Shown here in pieces: positions 24,001 to 37,779 of a DNA stretch of 38,815 nt. The translations under genes and the position numbers were made by a program. The DNA is taken from NCBI RefSeq assembly GCF_001194135.2, contig NC_068998.1, forward strand, positions 8,260,616-8,299,430, read 5' to 3'. A model generated the notes under the pieces. The model was given only the letters and a program-made list of their open reading frames with translations, did not search any database and was not told the origin of the DNA. This stretch comes from Octopus bimaculoides. Its lineage: Eukaryota. Numbering within the stretch: the first letter of the stretch is position 1; every line of letters begins with the position of its first letter.

Positions 24001-25107
24001 GTTATTGTTGTTGTTGCAGTTGTCGGTTTTGTCGTCGCCGTTGTTACTACTCCTGTGGTTCTTCTTGTTCCTTGTTTATCTCACGTAGCGTTTGTTGGTG
24101 CTTGATTGAGCTATCAGAATTAATGACAAACCTTTCTTTCTAGCTGATATATTCCACATTCGATTCGATTATCACGTGGCTTTCCTTCTAAAACGCGGTA
24201 GAGTATGATTTCAGGTAGACTTTCTGCCACTTCCAGCTCGTAGAATGATCCCTGTTTTCAGAGATTTTAGCAATTTCTCTTGCCTTATCAGTAAATACAA
24301 TCTAACTGTGCTTTATGAATATATTATCGCAATATAATTTTAATTAATATCAAAACCGATATAAAAGAACTCTAATCTACAACGAATCCTCATATCTACC
24401 ATTATCAAACAAAAATCCCCAATGTGATTTCTGGAAATAGAAATGGTTTTAAAATCAACGAAGCACATTTGGAACAAATTTGAGAATAATTTCGTATTTC
24501 TAACAGTTTAACATTCGAAATAACACTTTGATCATATTTAATATATGGTTAATGGCCTGCGTATGTTGAATGAATGTGTTGGATTTTCTAATGATTACAA
24601 TCATGAATACTTTATGCATTTCATGCCAGACAACAGGCGTTATGAGAATAAAATATGTCTAATTGATATTCATAGACATATATAAGGGATATGTCTCATG
24701 TTGTTCACCAGAGTGCATCACCGGGTAAATCAGCATCAAAGACAGAGAATTAGTTTTGATGTTATATTTACATTGATTATAATAGTTATCATAAATTTGG
24801 ATGCATTTTACTGACTGATGATTCTCATTGAAAATCGAAAGAATTATAAATAGCAGATAAATATGAAATGCAGCCATTTTATTTGCGTGTATGACATCTT
24901 TTGTAGTTCATCGAAAATGGACCATTTCGTATTTATTTATAATAGAGTAAATTTTACACTGATTTATTTATATGAATTTTAGATAAGTAATGATATTGAA
25001 CATCTTAAATTGTCGCTAGACAAGTCACATGCAGTTGAATAATTTTAAGTACTACTTCAGAATTAAATAATTACGCAGATATTTTGGAAATATGTGAAGA
25101 TAAAAGT

Positions 25108-25310
25108 TTTGTTTCGAATTTTGCACACGTCCAGCAATTTTGAGTGGTGTATATTTGACGGTTTCATCGATCCTAATGCTTATTTCACTGGTACATTATT
25201 TCATGGACCCTGAAAGAAAGAAGGCAAAGTTGGCCTCGTTAGCGTTCGAATTCGGGTGATAAGTTGGTAAAATGCCGTTACGCATTTGGCTGCAGTGCAC
25301 GCTCCCCGCT
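25108..25310 (-). mobile_element. Diverged SINE family A
   Basis: gtttcgaattttgcacacgtccagcaatttt tail; ccctgaaagaaagaaggcaaagttggcctcg body. Confidence 0.7.
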
Positions 25311-25360
25311 TCGATGGAAAGTTATTGGGAAAGTAATATTAAGATATCTGAAACTAAATA

Positions 25361-25582
25361 TCTTTTCTATTCTAGGCATAAGGCCCGAAATTGTTTTGGT
25401 TGTGGAGCGGAGGCAGTCGATTAGATCAACTCCAATACGCAAATGGTATTTAATTTATCAACTCCGAAAGGATGAAAGAGAAAGTCTACCTCGCCGGAAT
25501 TTGTTCTCAGAACGTAAAGACGGACGAAATACCGCTAAGCATTTCTCCTGGCAAGCTGATGTTTCTGCCTGCTCGCTGCCTT
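25361..25582 (-). mobile_element. SINE family A, full length
   Basis: ttttctattctaggcataaggcccgaaatt...ccgaaaggatgaaag...cagaacgtaaagacggacgaaataccgctaagcatttc...ctgcctgctcgctgcc. Confidence 0.9.
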
Positions 25583-26711
25583 CTGAAGCTAAATATCACA
25601 CAAGGTAACCTCAGAATTCGGTTTGGTTGTCAACCTCATACATCTATTTTTTTAATGAAAAAGCAAAATACATCCATATAAAAATAATAAAAGCATTTTT
25701 TCTTAATTTTCCTTATATTTTCATTCTAGCTTCGGAGACTGATCAAGGTGTTTCGTTCGTTGTGGTTTAATAAAATATAGAGCGGTCGGATACTGAGCTC
25801 ACTTATATGAAATACATGCTTTATTTAAATCAATGGCATTATTTCTTTTTCACAAATAGCTAACATTATTGATCCATCAAAAAAGAATTCTCATCTAACG
25901 AAACCAAAGCAAACTAATTCCAAATTGTTTGTACTTAGTTCAGACTCCCTTGTGAAAATAGGTATGGAAAAGTTAATTGAAACACGCCTGTGTTTGTCTG
26001 AAAATCTGTCCGTATGAAAATAAGGTATTCGATGCATAAAAGATGTACAGGCATAGACGGAGCCCAATTTTGGCAGCGCTTACTCGGGAAAACAAGTTTT
26101 AGTGCGTTAAACCATGTAATATTGGCCTAAATTTAGAACAGGGGGTGGCATTGGAGAAAATATATTGTGTCTTATATGCTATCAAATACTGTACATAGAA
26201 TGTCTCAATTACGTAAACCATGGGCCGTTGCATAAGACCAAAGTATATTGAATAATGTACAGAAGACGACGATTTGCTTTTTACTGACTTAAAATAAAAT
26301 TACCGTTACAAACAAGTATTAGGTAGAACAGAATTATAAAGACAAGAATTATTTCCATCATTAAATTAAAACTACTTCTTTTTCTGTTTGGTTATTTTGA
26401 TTAGAATAATTGTTGATAATAGAACATCATTTCTTTAAAACGTCATTCCGTGGAAACATGATTTTCTTTAAAACATGATTTCTTTAAATACATGACAGGA
26501 ATTGTTTTGTCGAGACAATACTTACGTGGTGCTTAGTTGTATGTTTATTATACGTCATAAGGCAATTATTACACTTAATTTCCATTTTTTTGCATTGTAT
26601 ATATATATATATATACTTATATGTGTGTGTGTGTGTATGTATGAATGTAGGTACGTAGGTAGGTAGGTAGATAGATATACATATACATACATATATATAC
26701 ATATACATATG

Positions 26712-26748
<37 letters not shown>

Positions 26749-26796
26749 NNNNNNNNNNNNNNNNNNNNNNNNNNNNNNNNNNNNNNNNNNNNNNNN

Positions 26797-26832
<36 letters not shown>

Positions 26833-28072
26833 CTGAAATTTTTACTTCAGATTAGTAAAATATTTTTCAAGGATAATAATATTGACATATTCTATCCCAT
26901 TTTTTTTCTTTTTTTTCTTTTGTTTTCTTTTTAGCCTTTTTAATGGCAGGATGACGATGCCTTTTCTTTAAATACCTCGAATTTGAACTAAGTGAAAACT
27001 GTTTTATACATGCTACAACTTCGAAGTGGAATATTAAAAATATATATATCAAAAAACAAAGTAAACAACATACATAGGTAGTAATACGTGGATTGAAATC
27101 CTCTGTCAACAGAAAATTGAAGAACATAACAAATAACAGAAATGTATCTCTTGAAATATAATAATTTAAGAACAAATTCATATGATAAATAAGTAATTTT
27201 GAGATTTACGTTACCAGATATATATTCTTTTATAATTCAGATAGCTTTGCGATTATTTTGTGGTTGTTTTATTTCCGTATTTTTATAGGCAAAAATTGCT
27301 CTAATCTGACAGAAATTTATTTAGATCTTGCAATAGAGAATTCATTGTATATAACAATCGCAGAAGGTAGGAGGAAAGTTCTATAATTATGTGTCTGAGT
27401 TTGTGTTTGTGTCTGTGTCTGTGTGTGTATCTGTATGTCTTAGTGAATATTCATATATATATATATAAATACACACACACACACACACACACTTACACAC
27501 ATACATTTATATATATAGATAGATATAGATATATATAGATACATATATATTTATGTATGTATAAATACATACATACATATATATGAAGTAGAGAAGTTTG
27601 AAAAGACAACACGAAACCGGTTATTTCTCAAAATACAATGTTTATATACGAAAAAGATTTTCTAACATTTTTCTAACATTTTTCTGACATAATTTAAATA
27701 TATACTTTAACCATGTAACACTTTAACCATGTAACACAAGCCTGTAGTTTTTTCACTCTTATTATCTTATATATATANNNNNNNNNNNNNNNNNNNNNNN
27801 NNNNNNNNNNNNNNNNNNNNNNNNNNNNNNNNNNNNNNNNNNNNNNNNNNNNNNNNNNNNNNNNNNNNNNNNNNNNNNNNNNNNNNNNNNNNNNNNNNNN
27901 NNNNNNNNNNNNNNNNNNNNNNNNNNNNNNNNNNNNNNNNNNATATATATATATATATATACATAAATATATATGTGTGTGCGTGTATTTATGTGTATGT
28001 ACTTATGAATACATGCATATACTTGTATATATATACGTACACGTATTCATATTTATAAATAGATAGATAGAT

Positions 28073-28121
<49 letters not shown>

Positions 28122-28751
28122 AAGAGAGAGAGAAAGTGAGACCTTCTATTGTTGATGATATCTATAGATAATTATGAGCAATGTATATGTGTTCATATGT
28201 TGTTTATCACACTCTGTGTACCTTCTGAGCTTTACGTTGATAAGTTTCTATGCACCCGTGGCTTTAGAGAGGGAGCGAGAAGGAGCGAGTGTTAAAGAAA
28301 TAATAATAAGCTCAGGCTAAATAGCATTATATGTTCATATGTTTATATGTCTTCTCACGGACGAAATAAGGAATTAAATTCTTCTTAGAACGTCATTAAT
28401 TCCACAATTCTGTTTCATTTCCAAATTCATATACAGAGCTTTCTAAAATTATGACGTTCCAAACAACTCTCATATATCTTATTATCTTTTATATATATAT
28501 NNNNNNNNNNNNNNNNNNNNNNNNNNNNNNNNNNNNNNNNNNNNNNNNNNNNNNNNNNNNNNNNNNNNNNNNNNNNNNNNNNNNNNNNNNNNNNNNNNNN
28601 NNNNNNNNNNNNNNNNNNNNNNNNNNNNNNNNNNNNNNNNNNNNNNNNNNNNNNNNNNNNNATATATATGTGTGTGTGTATTTATGTGTATGTACTTATG
28701 AATACATGCATATACTTGTATATATATACGTACACGTATTCATATTTATAA

Positions 28752-28807
<56 letters not shown>

Positions 28808-28811
<4 letters not shown>

Positions 28812-30045
28812 GTCATCTCATAAGTTCTGTTCGATTTTACCTTTTTTTTAAATTGAATGAAATTTAATAGTAATTTAAAACGTCTAATGGAATTAAAAAT
28901 TATTTTTAATCATTTGTGTACATTTAAACTAATTAAATGTTATTTTACAGAACAATAGAATTAAAATTTCTTTGATTAAAACCCTTTTTAACATGGAAAT
29001 ATCCAAAGAGCATTTGAGGCATATTATGCTTTATGAATACAAAAAAAGGAAACCCTGCAGCCGAAGCGACTCGAAACATACACTCAGTTTATGGGAAAGA
29101 AAGCTTGAATGAAAGAACTTGCAGAAGATGGTTTGCAAAATTCAGACGTGGAGATTTCAACATTGCAAATGAAGATCGAACAAGACGTCCAGTTGAGTTT
29201 GAGGATAAGTTCCTTGAGGCATTACGTGAAGAAAATCCTGCATTATCAGTTGAAGAATTGGCAATAAAACTTACTTGAAACCATACAACAGTTTATTGTC
29301 ATCTTCAATAACTTCGGAAGCTTCCTAAACTTGGAAAATGTGTGCCTCGTGAATTTTCCGAAAGCAACTGAAAATCCCGAGTTGATATCTGCTCTTCTCT
29401 CGATTTTCGCGAACACATTTCAACCTTTTTTGGATAGACTTGTTAATGGTGACGAAAAATGGATCCTCTATCAAAATGTTAAACGTCGTAAACAGTGGTT
29501 TTGTACAAGGGAAAAAAGGAAAAATCTCAACCACAACCGAGAAGGGAAATTCATTGAAAAAATGTTTTTCTCTCTATCTGGTGGGATTGCAAAGGAGTCA
29601 TTCACTTTTAATTATTACCACTTAATGTAACAATCAATGCTCAAGTCTACTGTCAGTAATTAGAGCGTTTGAACCATGCTTTAAAGAAAAAAAAGACCTG
29701 CTTTAGTGAACCGAAAAGGAGTGATGTTTCATCCGGACAATGCGTGACCCCACACTGCAAAGATCACATCACAGAAGATCAAAGAGCTTGGTTGGGAAAA
29801 AAAAAAAACATTTGGGGAACATAACTTTCGCAAGCAAGGAGGAGGTCGAAACTGACATTTCAGGGTTTTTCACTTTGAAACGAAAAAAGTTTTACATTGA
29901 TGGGATTAAAAAGCTTTTAAATAGATGGAAAGAAGTCATAGATAATCAGGGAGAGTACATTGCTGATTAAATCTCAATTAAATATAACATTTGGTCACTT
30001 GTGTTCTTTATTCAAAATTCGGACAGAACTTATGGGACAACCTGA
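28808..30045 (+). mobile_element. Near full-length but dead mariner element (~1.24 kb) with TIRs
   Basis: TIRs caggtcatctcataagttctgttcgatttt (28809) and aaaattcggacagaacttatgggacaacctga followed by TA (~30014-30047). Transposase ATG at 28993 to TAA at 29970: MEISKEHLRHIMLYEY, NERTCRRWFAKFRRGDF, LGKCVPREFS (WVPHEL), RLVNGDEKWILYQN, FHPDNA, RWKEVIDNQGEYIAD. Stops and frameshifts present; the YSPDLAPSD segment is absent. Confidence 0.95.
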
Positions 30046-30269
30046 TAGAACTTTAACCATGTCTGCCGGAAGAGGAAGCATCTACACAGTCATTTGCTTT
30101 GCTGGAAATAGCAACTATGTAACCCTTGTATCACTTACTGTTGCTATTGTTGCTATTTGCTACTTATCGAGCCATACCTGGTTCATGACAGGTTTCCCAG
30201 TTTCATTGGCGTATAACGTGATGCATATGTTTATGTTTTCCAGCATCAACATATACATCACCTGCCTCT

Positions 30270-31330
30270 TTTTCATTTTCAACCTCCTTCTTATCATCAT
30301 CAACATCACCAAAAATAACAATAACATCTCCATCAACGGCATAAGCAGTAGCAGTAGCATCGTTAACATCGTTATCATCACCATCATCATCATTATCATC
30401 ATCATCATCATCATCATTATTATCATCATCATCATCACCATCACCATCTTATTGCCAGCATTTCCTTTCCCTTGCGTCCTCCTTCGTATCATCATTCACA
30501 TCAAAATCTCAATCATCAGCAGCAACATGGTCCGTGATGATGACGATGATTATCTACATTATCATGATCATCATGATCATCATATTCATGACGATGATAA
30601 TCATCGTTACCATCATCATCATCATCATCATCTCCATCATCACATTCATCATCGTAATAGACATCTTCAATATCGTTTTATCAGCCCCTCTCAGCATAAA
30701 CATCACGAGGCAACTGTGAACCCCTTAAATTGTCACTCAATCTTCTGTAACTCACAGCAGAACCTCACCTGTATCTCAACATTTGATCTTTCTAACGGAA
30801 AGTAGTCGATAAATAAGATGATATTCTCACAGGTGGAACATCTGCCTTCTTCGTCACAACACGCCGCCATCAAAATCTTAGCTATCGTTCTCAAGATCTT
30901 AAACATTAACAACGCCACCGCCAGGACCTTCTACATAACTACCTTCTTCTCATCCTTTTTTCGGTTCATCATCATCGTCAAATTTATCATCATCCTTTTA
31001 TTCGTCATCCTTATTTTCACCACAACCAACACCACCACCACCACCATCATCATCATTACCACTATCATTACCGTCGCCGTCGTCTTTCTCGTCTTTGTCG
31101 TCATCTTCATCGCCGCCGTCATCATTATCGCCCTCGTCGGCGTCGGCGTCGGCCTCGTCGTCGACATCTTTGTTAATAATAACAATATCATTTATTTGCA
31201 TGTCCCAGCATCGTCATTATCTTCACTTGCACAGTGGTGCTAATATCGCCATCAACTGAAGTATCGCCAACACAACACTTTATCATTAACAACAGCAACA
31301 ACAAAACCAACAACGAAGATAACTACGGTA
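30270..31330. repeat. Long degenerate (ATC)/(GTC)/(AAC) trinucleotide region
   Basis: Directly visible; source of the 281 aa and 141 aa low-complexity ORFs. Confidence 0.85.
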
Positions 31331-31905
31331 TGAAACAAAACGATAATAAAAAGCAAAGCAACAATAACGTATATGCAGTGATTGTTTGCGAAACGAAGAA
31401 AAAATATCGTTTATATTGGTGAGAAAATGTAAGGATAATTTGGTTACTTTCAGTATGTTTTATTTATTTATTTAGATTTCTCTGCTTTTTTTTCCAGAAT
31501 TAGTAAATAATGGTCAAAAAAATAAAGCAGAAACCATTGCTACCACCCAATTTGTTCCGTAAGCGAGAATTCCATGCAAGAAAAAAAGATATATGTACTC
31601 ATACAAATATTTGTTGACTAACGTCAAACATATAATGTTATCGAAGACGTGTAATTTCTTCCAATTAAGAAAAAAATAGGCCTATTTAAGCAGAAAAATA
31701 AGTGCGAAAAATAAACAGATGTACGTATGTATACACATAGAGATAGAAATAAATTGTAGTGCTAACACGCTACATTAAAGATGGAGTTTTAATTGTAACA
31801 TAGGAGTTTGGTAAACAACTTTTGCATGGAAACTAGGAAACAAATTAGACATTATATATTCAATTGATGGCATGCAATAAAGAGTGGTAGAAGTGTGTTT
31901 GTGTG

Positions 31906-31949
<44 letters not shown>

Positions 31950-32588
31950 TGTACAGATAACCAAATGTATGCATACATATGTATGTACATATTTATGTCT
32001 CAATGCATGGGTGGATAGATGAACGGATGTATGGATGGGTAGAGGGATTACGGGACTGATGTATGGATAGATCGATGGCTGCATGCAAACTGAACAGGGC
32101 AAACGCTCAGAAAACGTACTGGCGTAAAAATAAATCAACATATATTCACCAGCCTTTCAGCACAATAAACGTTCACACTTTTTATCGTGTTTCGCAATAA
32201 CAGCAATAATGCTATTTACTAAAATAGGCGCAAATATATAGAATAATGAACAACGACCGATATATAAGAACCAGGTCACGAAATATGATCGTTAAATTAG
32301 ACTATGGAAGGATTTGATCACAGTAAATTCACTTATTACAGCAAGCTTTTTGGTTCACATTCTACGAATTCAACGTTTTCATCTTTATGCTACCCGGCAC
32401 CATTATATTATATATATTTAACATAGCCATACACTAGAACAACTGAATAGACGCTAACTAGTGGTAGACTGATATTTGCCAGTCGTCTTCAATTAGTGTG
32501 AATGAAGCGTATTTTTCTGAAAGATATTAATGATTTAGTGATGTGAATGTTTATGATTACAGCAAATATATATTTTGCCAACTGAAAA

Positions 32589-32757
32589 TGGTGGCGTAGC
32601 TAAGAAGCTCGCTTGGTAACAATGCGTTGTCTGGTCCACTGGTCCAGTCCTACTGGACACCACCTTGAGCAAATATATTCTATAATAGCCCTCCGCCTGA
32701 CCGAAGTCTTCTTGTGAGTGAATATCCTCAAGGGAAACTCTGGAACCCGTCCTATAC
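32589..32757 (+). mobile_element. Diverged SINE family B, 5' half, followed by (TG)n
   Basis: ggtggcgtagctaagaagctcgctt...ccagtcctactggacaccaccttgagcaaat...tatagccctccgcctgaccgaagtcttcttgtgagtgaat. Confidence 0.75.
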
Positions 32758-32780
32758 AAGCACACATATTCACACGCAAT

Positions 32781-32835
<55 letters not shown>

Positions 32836-32908
32836 GTGTGTGTGAATATAAATGTGATGTGTTTGCGTTTCTGTGTCTGCATTTTCCTCACCTGCTTCAC
32901 TAACAAAT

Positions 32909-33050
32909 GGGGAAGAAGAAGAAGAAGAAGAAGAAGAAGAAGAAGAAGAAGAAGAAGAAGAAGAAGAAGAAGAAGAAGAAGAAGAAGAAGAAGAAGAAGA
33001 AGAAGAAGGAGGAGGAGGAGGGCGAAAAGTACAAGAAGGAGAAGAAGAGT
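32909..33050. repeat. (GAA)n of about 30 units then (GGA)n polypurine tract
   Basis: Directly visible. Confidence 0.97.
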
Positions 33051-33539
33051 GGTATTGAGTATTATCTAACTAAGCTTTGTCTTGTGCTTGTCATATTCCA
33101 ACTCCATTGGTACGTGCATATTATTATTATTATTATTATTGTTATTTTTTACTCTTTGAACTGAGAAAAGAATGAGAATGAAAGGAGAAACGAAGTGTGT
33201 TAGAGGAAAGTGAAATTTTAAAAGTTTGATAGAAACGAGAAATAAGCAAGAAATGCGGGAAATGGAGAACGAAAAAGAGAATTGAATTAGGTAAATAAGG
33301 TCAAATATTGAATAGTTAATATTTCGTGAAAGGAAAGGAATATGTCTATTATTCTTTTGATAAAACTTGTAGATTCTGATAAATATATAAAATTAATGTG
33401 AATTACGTGGTTTATCGGTAATTTGTATAAGATCAATAGAGTGATAGCTTTCAAATTGCTGTGATGGATGGGTGAGAGAAGAGTTAGAGACAGGGATTAA
33501 GCTAAAGGATTGGCTCTTAATTCAATTGTTAATGTATTA

Positions 33540-33639
33540 GATTAGAATGATAATAATAATAGTAATAATAATAATAATAATAATAAATAATAATGATAAA
33601 TAATAATGATGATAAATAATAATAATAATAATAATAATG

Positions 33640-33682
<43 letters not shown>

Positions 33683-33755
33683 CAACAACAACAACAACAA
33701 CGACGACGACGACAACAACAACAACAACAACAATAATAACAAATAAATAAATAAG
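33540..33755. repeat. (AAT)n/(AAC)n/(GAC)n compound microsatellite
   Basis: Directly visible. Confidence 0.95.
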
Positions 33756-34164
33756 TTTTGTAAAATTTTTGATGTGAAATCTTGTGTTGAAATAGATATT
33801 GTTATACTTGGGAATGTTCATTTTTTGCCAATTAATCACACGCACTATTTACTTGATCTTCACTTTAGTCTTTTTTTTGTATTATTTTTAGTTTATTTGT
33901 CATGCTTCTTTCGTCTCACATCCTGTGACACCTTCAGTGATTTTGTCTTTCTCAAGACAAAATGTAATAGGGAAGATTAGAGGAGACACATGGTACAGAA
34001 TGTTATTGAAAATTCGTGGTATGTGTGACGAAAAATCTATGACAAATAAATAATAAATAAATAATCTATAGTGAATATAAAATAAATAGTGCGTTTGTGT
34101 AATTGATAAAAGATGACCATCCCCAAGTATAAAAATAAATTAATAAATTTATAAATGATGAATT

Positions 34165-34865
34165 AAAAAAGGGACTACATAATCATTTCCATGCAGTTAC
34201 AACAGAAGTTGCTGGAAAAAATAGCTGGGAATGGCTGATGAAAGGAACACTAAAAAAACGGACCTGGTGCAATATTACTGGCAGCGCAGCTCGAAGCTCT
34301 GGCCACGAACTGGAGGGTCAACCTGAGGAATGAGTAAATGTCTCCGCTGTGTCGCATTTGCGATAGAGTCGATGAAACCATTGCCTATATGAAACGAATA
34401 TGGACTTGCCCAAAACCGATACATGTTGTAGTGGTACGATCATGTAGAGGAAGTGCTACATCGGAAACGGTACGAAAATTGGGGGATCGATAAAAGCCAG
34501 ACGTACTATGAGCACAAACCGTAGGGAGTGACAGTGTCAGAGACTTGCAAAATCCTCTGGGATTTCCCAATCCAAACAGATCAGGGGCTAGAGTATAACA
34601 GACCGGACCTAGTGCTGGTGGACAAGGTGCACCATACATGCTATATGGCTGACGTTGCATGCCATTCTGAGGCACGAATAGTCAAGAGGGAAGGCGAAAA
34701 GATAGATATATACAACCCTTTTAAGTACGAAATAGCCACGGTATGGAAAATGAAGAAGGTGAAGATAGTACCAATTATTGTCGGGTCCTTGGTAACAGTC
34801 TCAAATGCATCAAGAGGAATATAAAGGAAATTGAAATAGAGTGCCCAGTATAACTCTTACAGTTA
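34165..34865 (+). mobile_element. R4/Dong-clade non-LTR retrotransposon remnant (zinc knuckle plus restriction-like endonuclease)
   Basis: SWEWLMKGTLKK, ILLAAQLEALATN, PLCRICDRVDETIAY (CCHC knuckle with H lost), YDHVEEVLH, ILWDFPIQTDQGLEYNRPDLVLVDK...MADVA...REGEKIDIYNPFKYEIATVWKMKKVKIVPIIVGSL: the PD-(D/E)xK RLE signature typical of the R4 clade. Confidence 0.88.
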
Positions 34866-34913
34866 CTCTATTTTTACAACAAATGTAAACACAAACACAC
34901 GCACACATATTAA

Positions 34914-34962
34914 GTCCCTCTGCATGGTACCTTGGGCAAGTGTTTTCTAATATAACCCTAAG
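34914..34962 (+). mobile_element. SINE family B fragment
   Basis: gtccctctgcatggtaccttgggcaagtgttttcta matches the family B CORE-like segment. Confidence 0.6.
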
Positions 34963-36293
34963 AATCATAGCATTGTTCATCAGAAAATTACCGTAAAACG
35001 TGTTTATAAGGAATTATAACAATTGATAAATAATTTGAAAGTATAATTTCAGATTTAAATAACTTTTAATGATTATTAGGGAGTCTATTTACTTCTGTCA
35101 TTTCTGTGTACATGGAATTGAGGGAAAAGAATTAATACACTCTTCCTTTGGAGTATGGATTCATAATATATTTTATATAATATTCTACGATATCTTATCC
35201 ATATCATTAGCTAATTTCCTATATTTCTATTATAAAATATCATATAATACATTATATAAACTTTTAGACGTGAGTGATAAAAAAAATCACGGAGTACTCT
35301 CTAAACAAATTTGAGTTTAGATTGAGAAATAGAATAACATTTTAAAAATTCCTGCCAGCATATATATATATATATACACACATATATATATATANNNNNN
35401 NNNNNNNNNNNNNNNNNNNNNNNNNNNNNNNNNNNNNNNNNNNNNNNNNNNNNNNNNNNNNNNNNNNNNNNNNNNNNNNNNNNNNNNNNNNNNNNNNNNN
35501 NNNNNNNNNNNNNNNNNNNNNNNNNNNNNNNNNNNNNNNNTATAATGTTAAAATAAAAGAATGTGTAAAATCGGAATATGAAGGAAGGGATTGAAAGAAT
35601 GAAATTTCAGGTAACATTGAAGATGACTGGATATATGCCTTCGGCATAATTTTTTTTTTTTTCCAATTTAATTTTTCAAACAATGGATCATCTCATAATT
35701 CTGGGTGAAAATAACAAATTGGGAGTAATTAATATCCATTTCTAATTTAAGTGCATGCAAGTTGATAGCTTAATAAATAAATACCATGGAAAATTTGAAG
35801 TTTTCGAAATATATAGGATTTAGGCATGAGCTAGAAATCTAAGCTAAAATTTCGATAAAAAGATGATGGATGGTTAAAAAGATTAAAGGGAAGCTAAAGA
35901 TTAAATGTTAAAATTCTTTCATAAATTTTATCAAGATAGATTTCATTTTTATTAAAACATTTTATTGTATGGTGAATAGATCTGAAATTGAATCACATGA
36001 TTTTAAGAAGCGAATATAAATTAATTCGTGTTTAGATGAGTGGCTTAAAACTTACTTTTGATCTCTATGTTTGAATTTAAGTGTGTGGAGGTAAGTAGGA
36101 AGTAAAAGGTTTCGAAGTCAAATATATTTGAACAAGTCTCCAAATTTTAGAGCTGATAAAATGTAAATGTAACAATGAATTCTTATTGAAATAAGAGTGT
36201 ACTTGAAACTGAAGTCGACGTTTATATGAGGGGATGGTAAAATTATTATTGTTTCACGAAAGTAGTCTGATATTCAAACGAATCGAAGTTAGG

Positions 36294-36345
<52 letters not shown>

Positions 36346-36434
36346 ACGATTATAGCAACAGAAGAGGTATGAAGATAAATAATTCTGCAAATAAGTTACT
36401 AATTTCGTTAAGTGTCGGGAGATTCCTTTTAAAT

Positions 36435-36812
36435 TCTTTTATTTGTTTCAGTCATTTGACTGCAGCCATGCTGGAGCACCACCTTTAGTCGAAGAAATTG
36501 ACCCCAGGACTTGTTCTTTGTAAGCCTAGTACTTATTCTATCGGAACTCCTTTGCCGAACCGCTAAGTTACGGGGACGTAAACACTCCAACATCGGTTGT
36601 CAAGCAATGGTGGATGGACAAACACAGACACAGAAACCTATATATATGAATATACGATGGGCTTCTTTCAGTTTCCGTCTACTAAATCCACTCACAAGGC
36701 TTTGGTCAGCATGAGGCTATAGTAGGAGACACTCTCCCAAGATGCCAAGCAGTGGGACTGAACCTGGAACCATGTAGTTGGTAAGCAAGCTACTTACCAC
36801 ACAACCACTCCT
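36435..36812 (-). mobile_element. SINE family B, full length, best-preserved copy
   Basis: Reverse strand: ggagtggttgtgtggtaag (A box), ggttcagtcccactg (B box), cttgggagagtgtctcctactatag, internal TA/TG tract, gtccccgtaacttagcggttcggcaaag, gctgcagtcaaatgactgaaacaaataaaaga. Confidence 0.95.
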
Positions 36813-37494
36813 TTTAAACAGTTTTTATGTAGGCGTGTGATTTCTAGATTATTCTCTGTGAGTTTATTTGAGACTGGTCTCTCTGCAAAAATTGGCCTAA
36901 CTTCTCCATTATGCACAAGCTAAAGGGTCGCGTATAACTTACAAACGACTTAATGCTTCAAAGAATTCTTCTATAATAGAGAATATTTTACGTTCGGTTT
37001 CCTCATGTAACAAATATATTGAGAACGTTGTGCATGAAACATCTCTTCAATCCGTGATTTGAAATGTGTAGGTGTAGTTGTTAAAACGTACGTTAAAGCT
37101 TGTAGAAGTTAGTCTTATATAAGAAAATTATTAGTTTTTACTTTTAATCTATCAATTACTTATTCCTCTTGATATTTAAAACTTAGACGCAAAGGTTACG
37201 ACTGTTATCATCCATAAATTGTATGCGTTTAAGGTTAAGATTCCCGTAAATCCGCTCAGTGAACTCGTACATGTCAGAAGAGGCTACTGGTTTTGATTGA
37301 TAGAATAAGAAAATTTAATGTTTTTCTTCAAAACTTTAACGTACTGTACTGTTGCTAGAAAAGTTTTTACATAATTCAAAGATATCGCTAATTGCATGAT
37401 TACGTTTCAGTTCAAATATAACTGTTCCACTCACGTATACACATACACAGACATATAGCACGCACAAACACACACACACACACACACATATATA

Positions 37495-37498
37495 TATT

Positions 37499-37547
<49 letters not shown>

Positions 37548-37548
37548 G

Positions 37549-37600
<52 letters not shown>
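37495..37600. repeat. (GATA)n microsatellite
   Basis: Directly visible. Confidence 0.97.
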
Positions 37601-37779
37601 TATGTATGTGCGTAGCTACAGATACGTTTGTGGCGTAAATTTATGGATATATGTATATATATATATGTGTGTGTGTGTGTGCGTGTTAGTATGTATGTAT
37701 AGATATGTGATGTATGTCAGAATGCATGTATTCCAACGGTTTTATCAAACAAAGATACTCTGCCATATTGTTGTTATTT

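Noticed and set aside
24659-26300. Signal-peptide-like segments (MAAFHIYLLFIILSIF... at 24877; KKQIVVFCTLFNILWSYATA at ~26290)
   Set aside because: T-rich DNA yields F/I/L runs by chance, and neither links in phase to the next exon candidate without hypothetical extra exons.
26430-27740. Short 2-3 copy tandem motifs (tttctttaaaacatga at ~26430-26485; ttttctaaca and ctttaaccatgtaaca at ~27660-27737)
   Set aside because: Ordinary slippage duplications; no constant repeat with unique spacers, so not CRISPR-like.
29960-30805. 281 aa ORF, the longest without Ns
   Set aside because: It starts inside the mariner 3' end and TIR and stays open because (ATC)n lacks stops in this frame; no domain is recognisable.
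32909-33050. (GAA)n poly-Glu/Lys/Arg ORFs and triplex potential
   Set aside because: A common microsatellite class; nothing indicates coding or function here.
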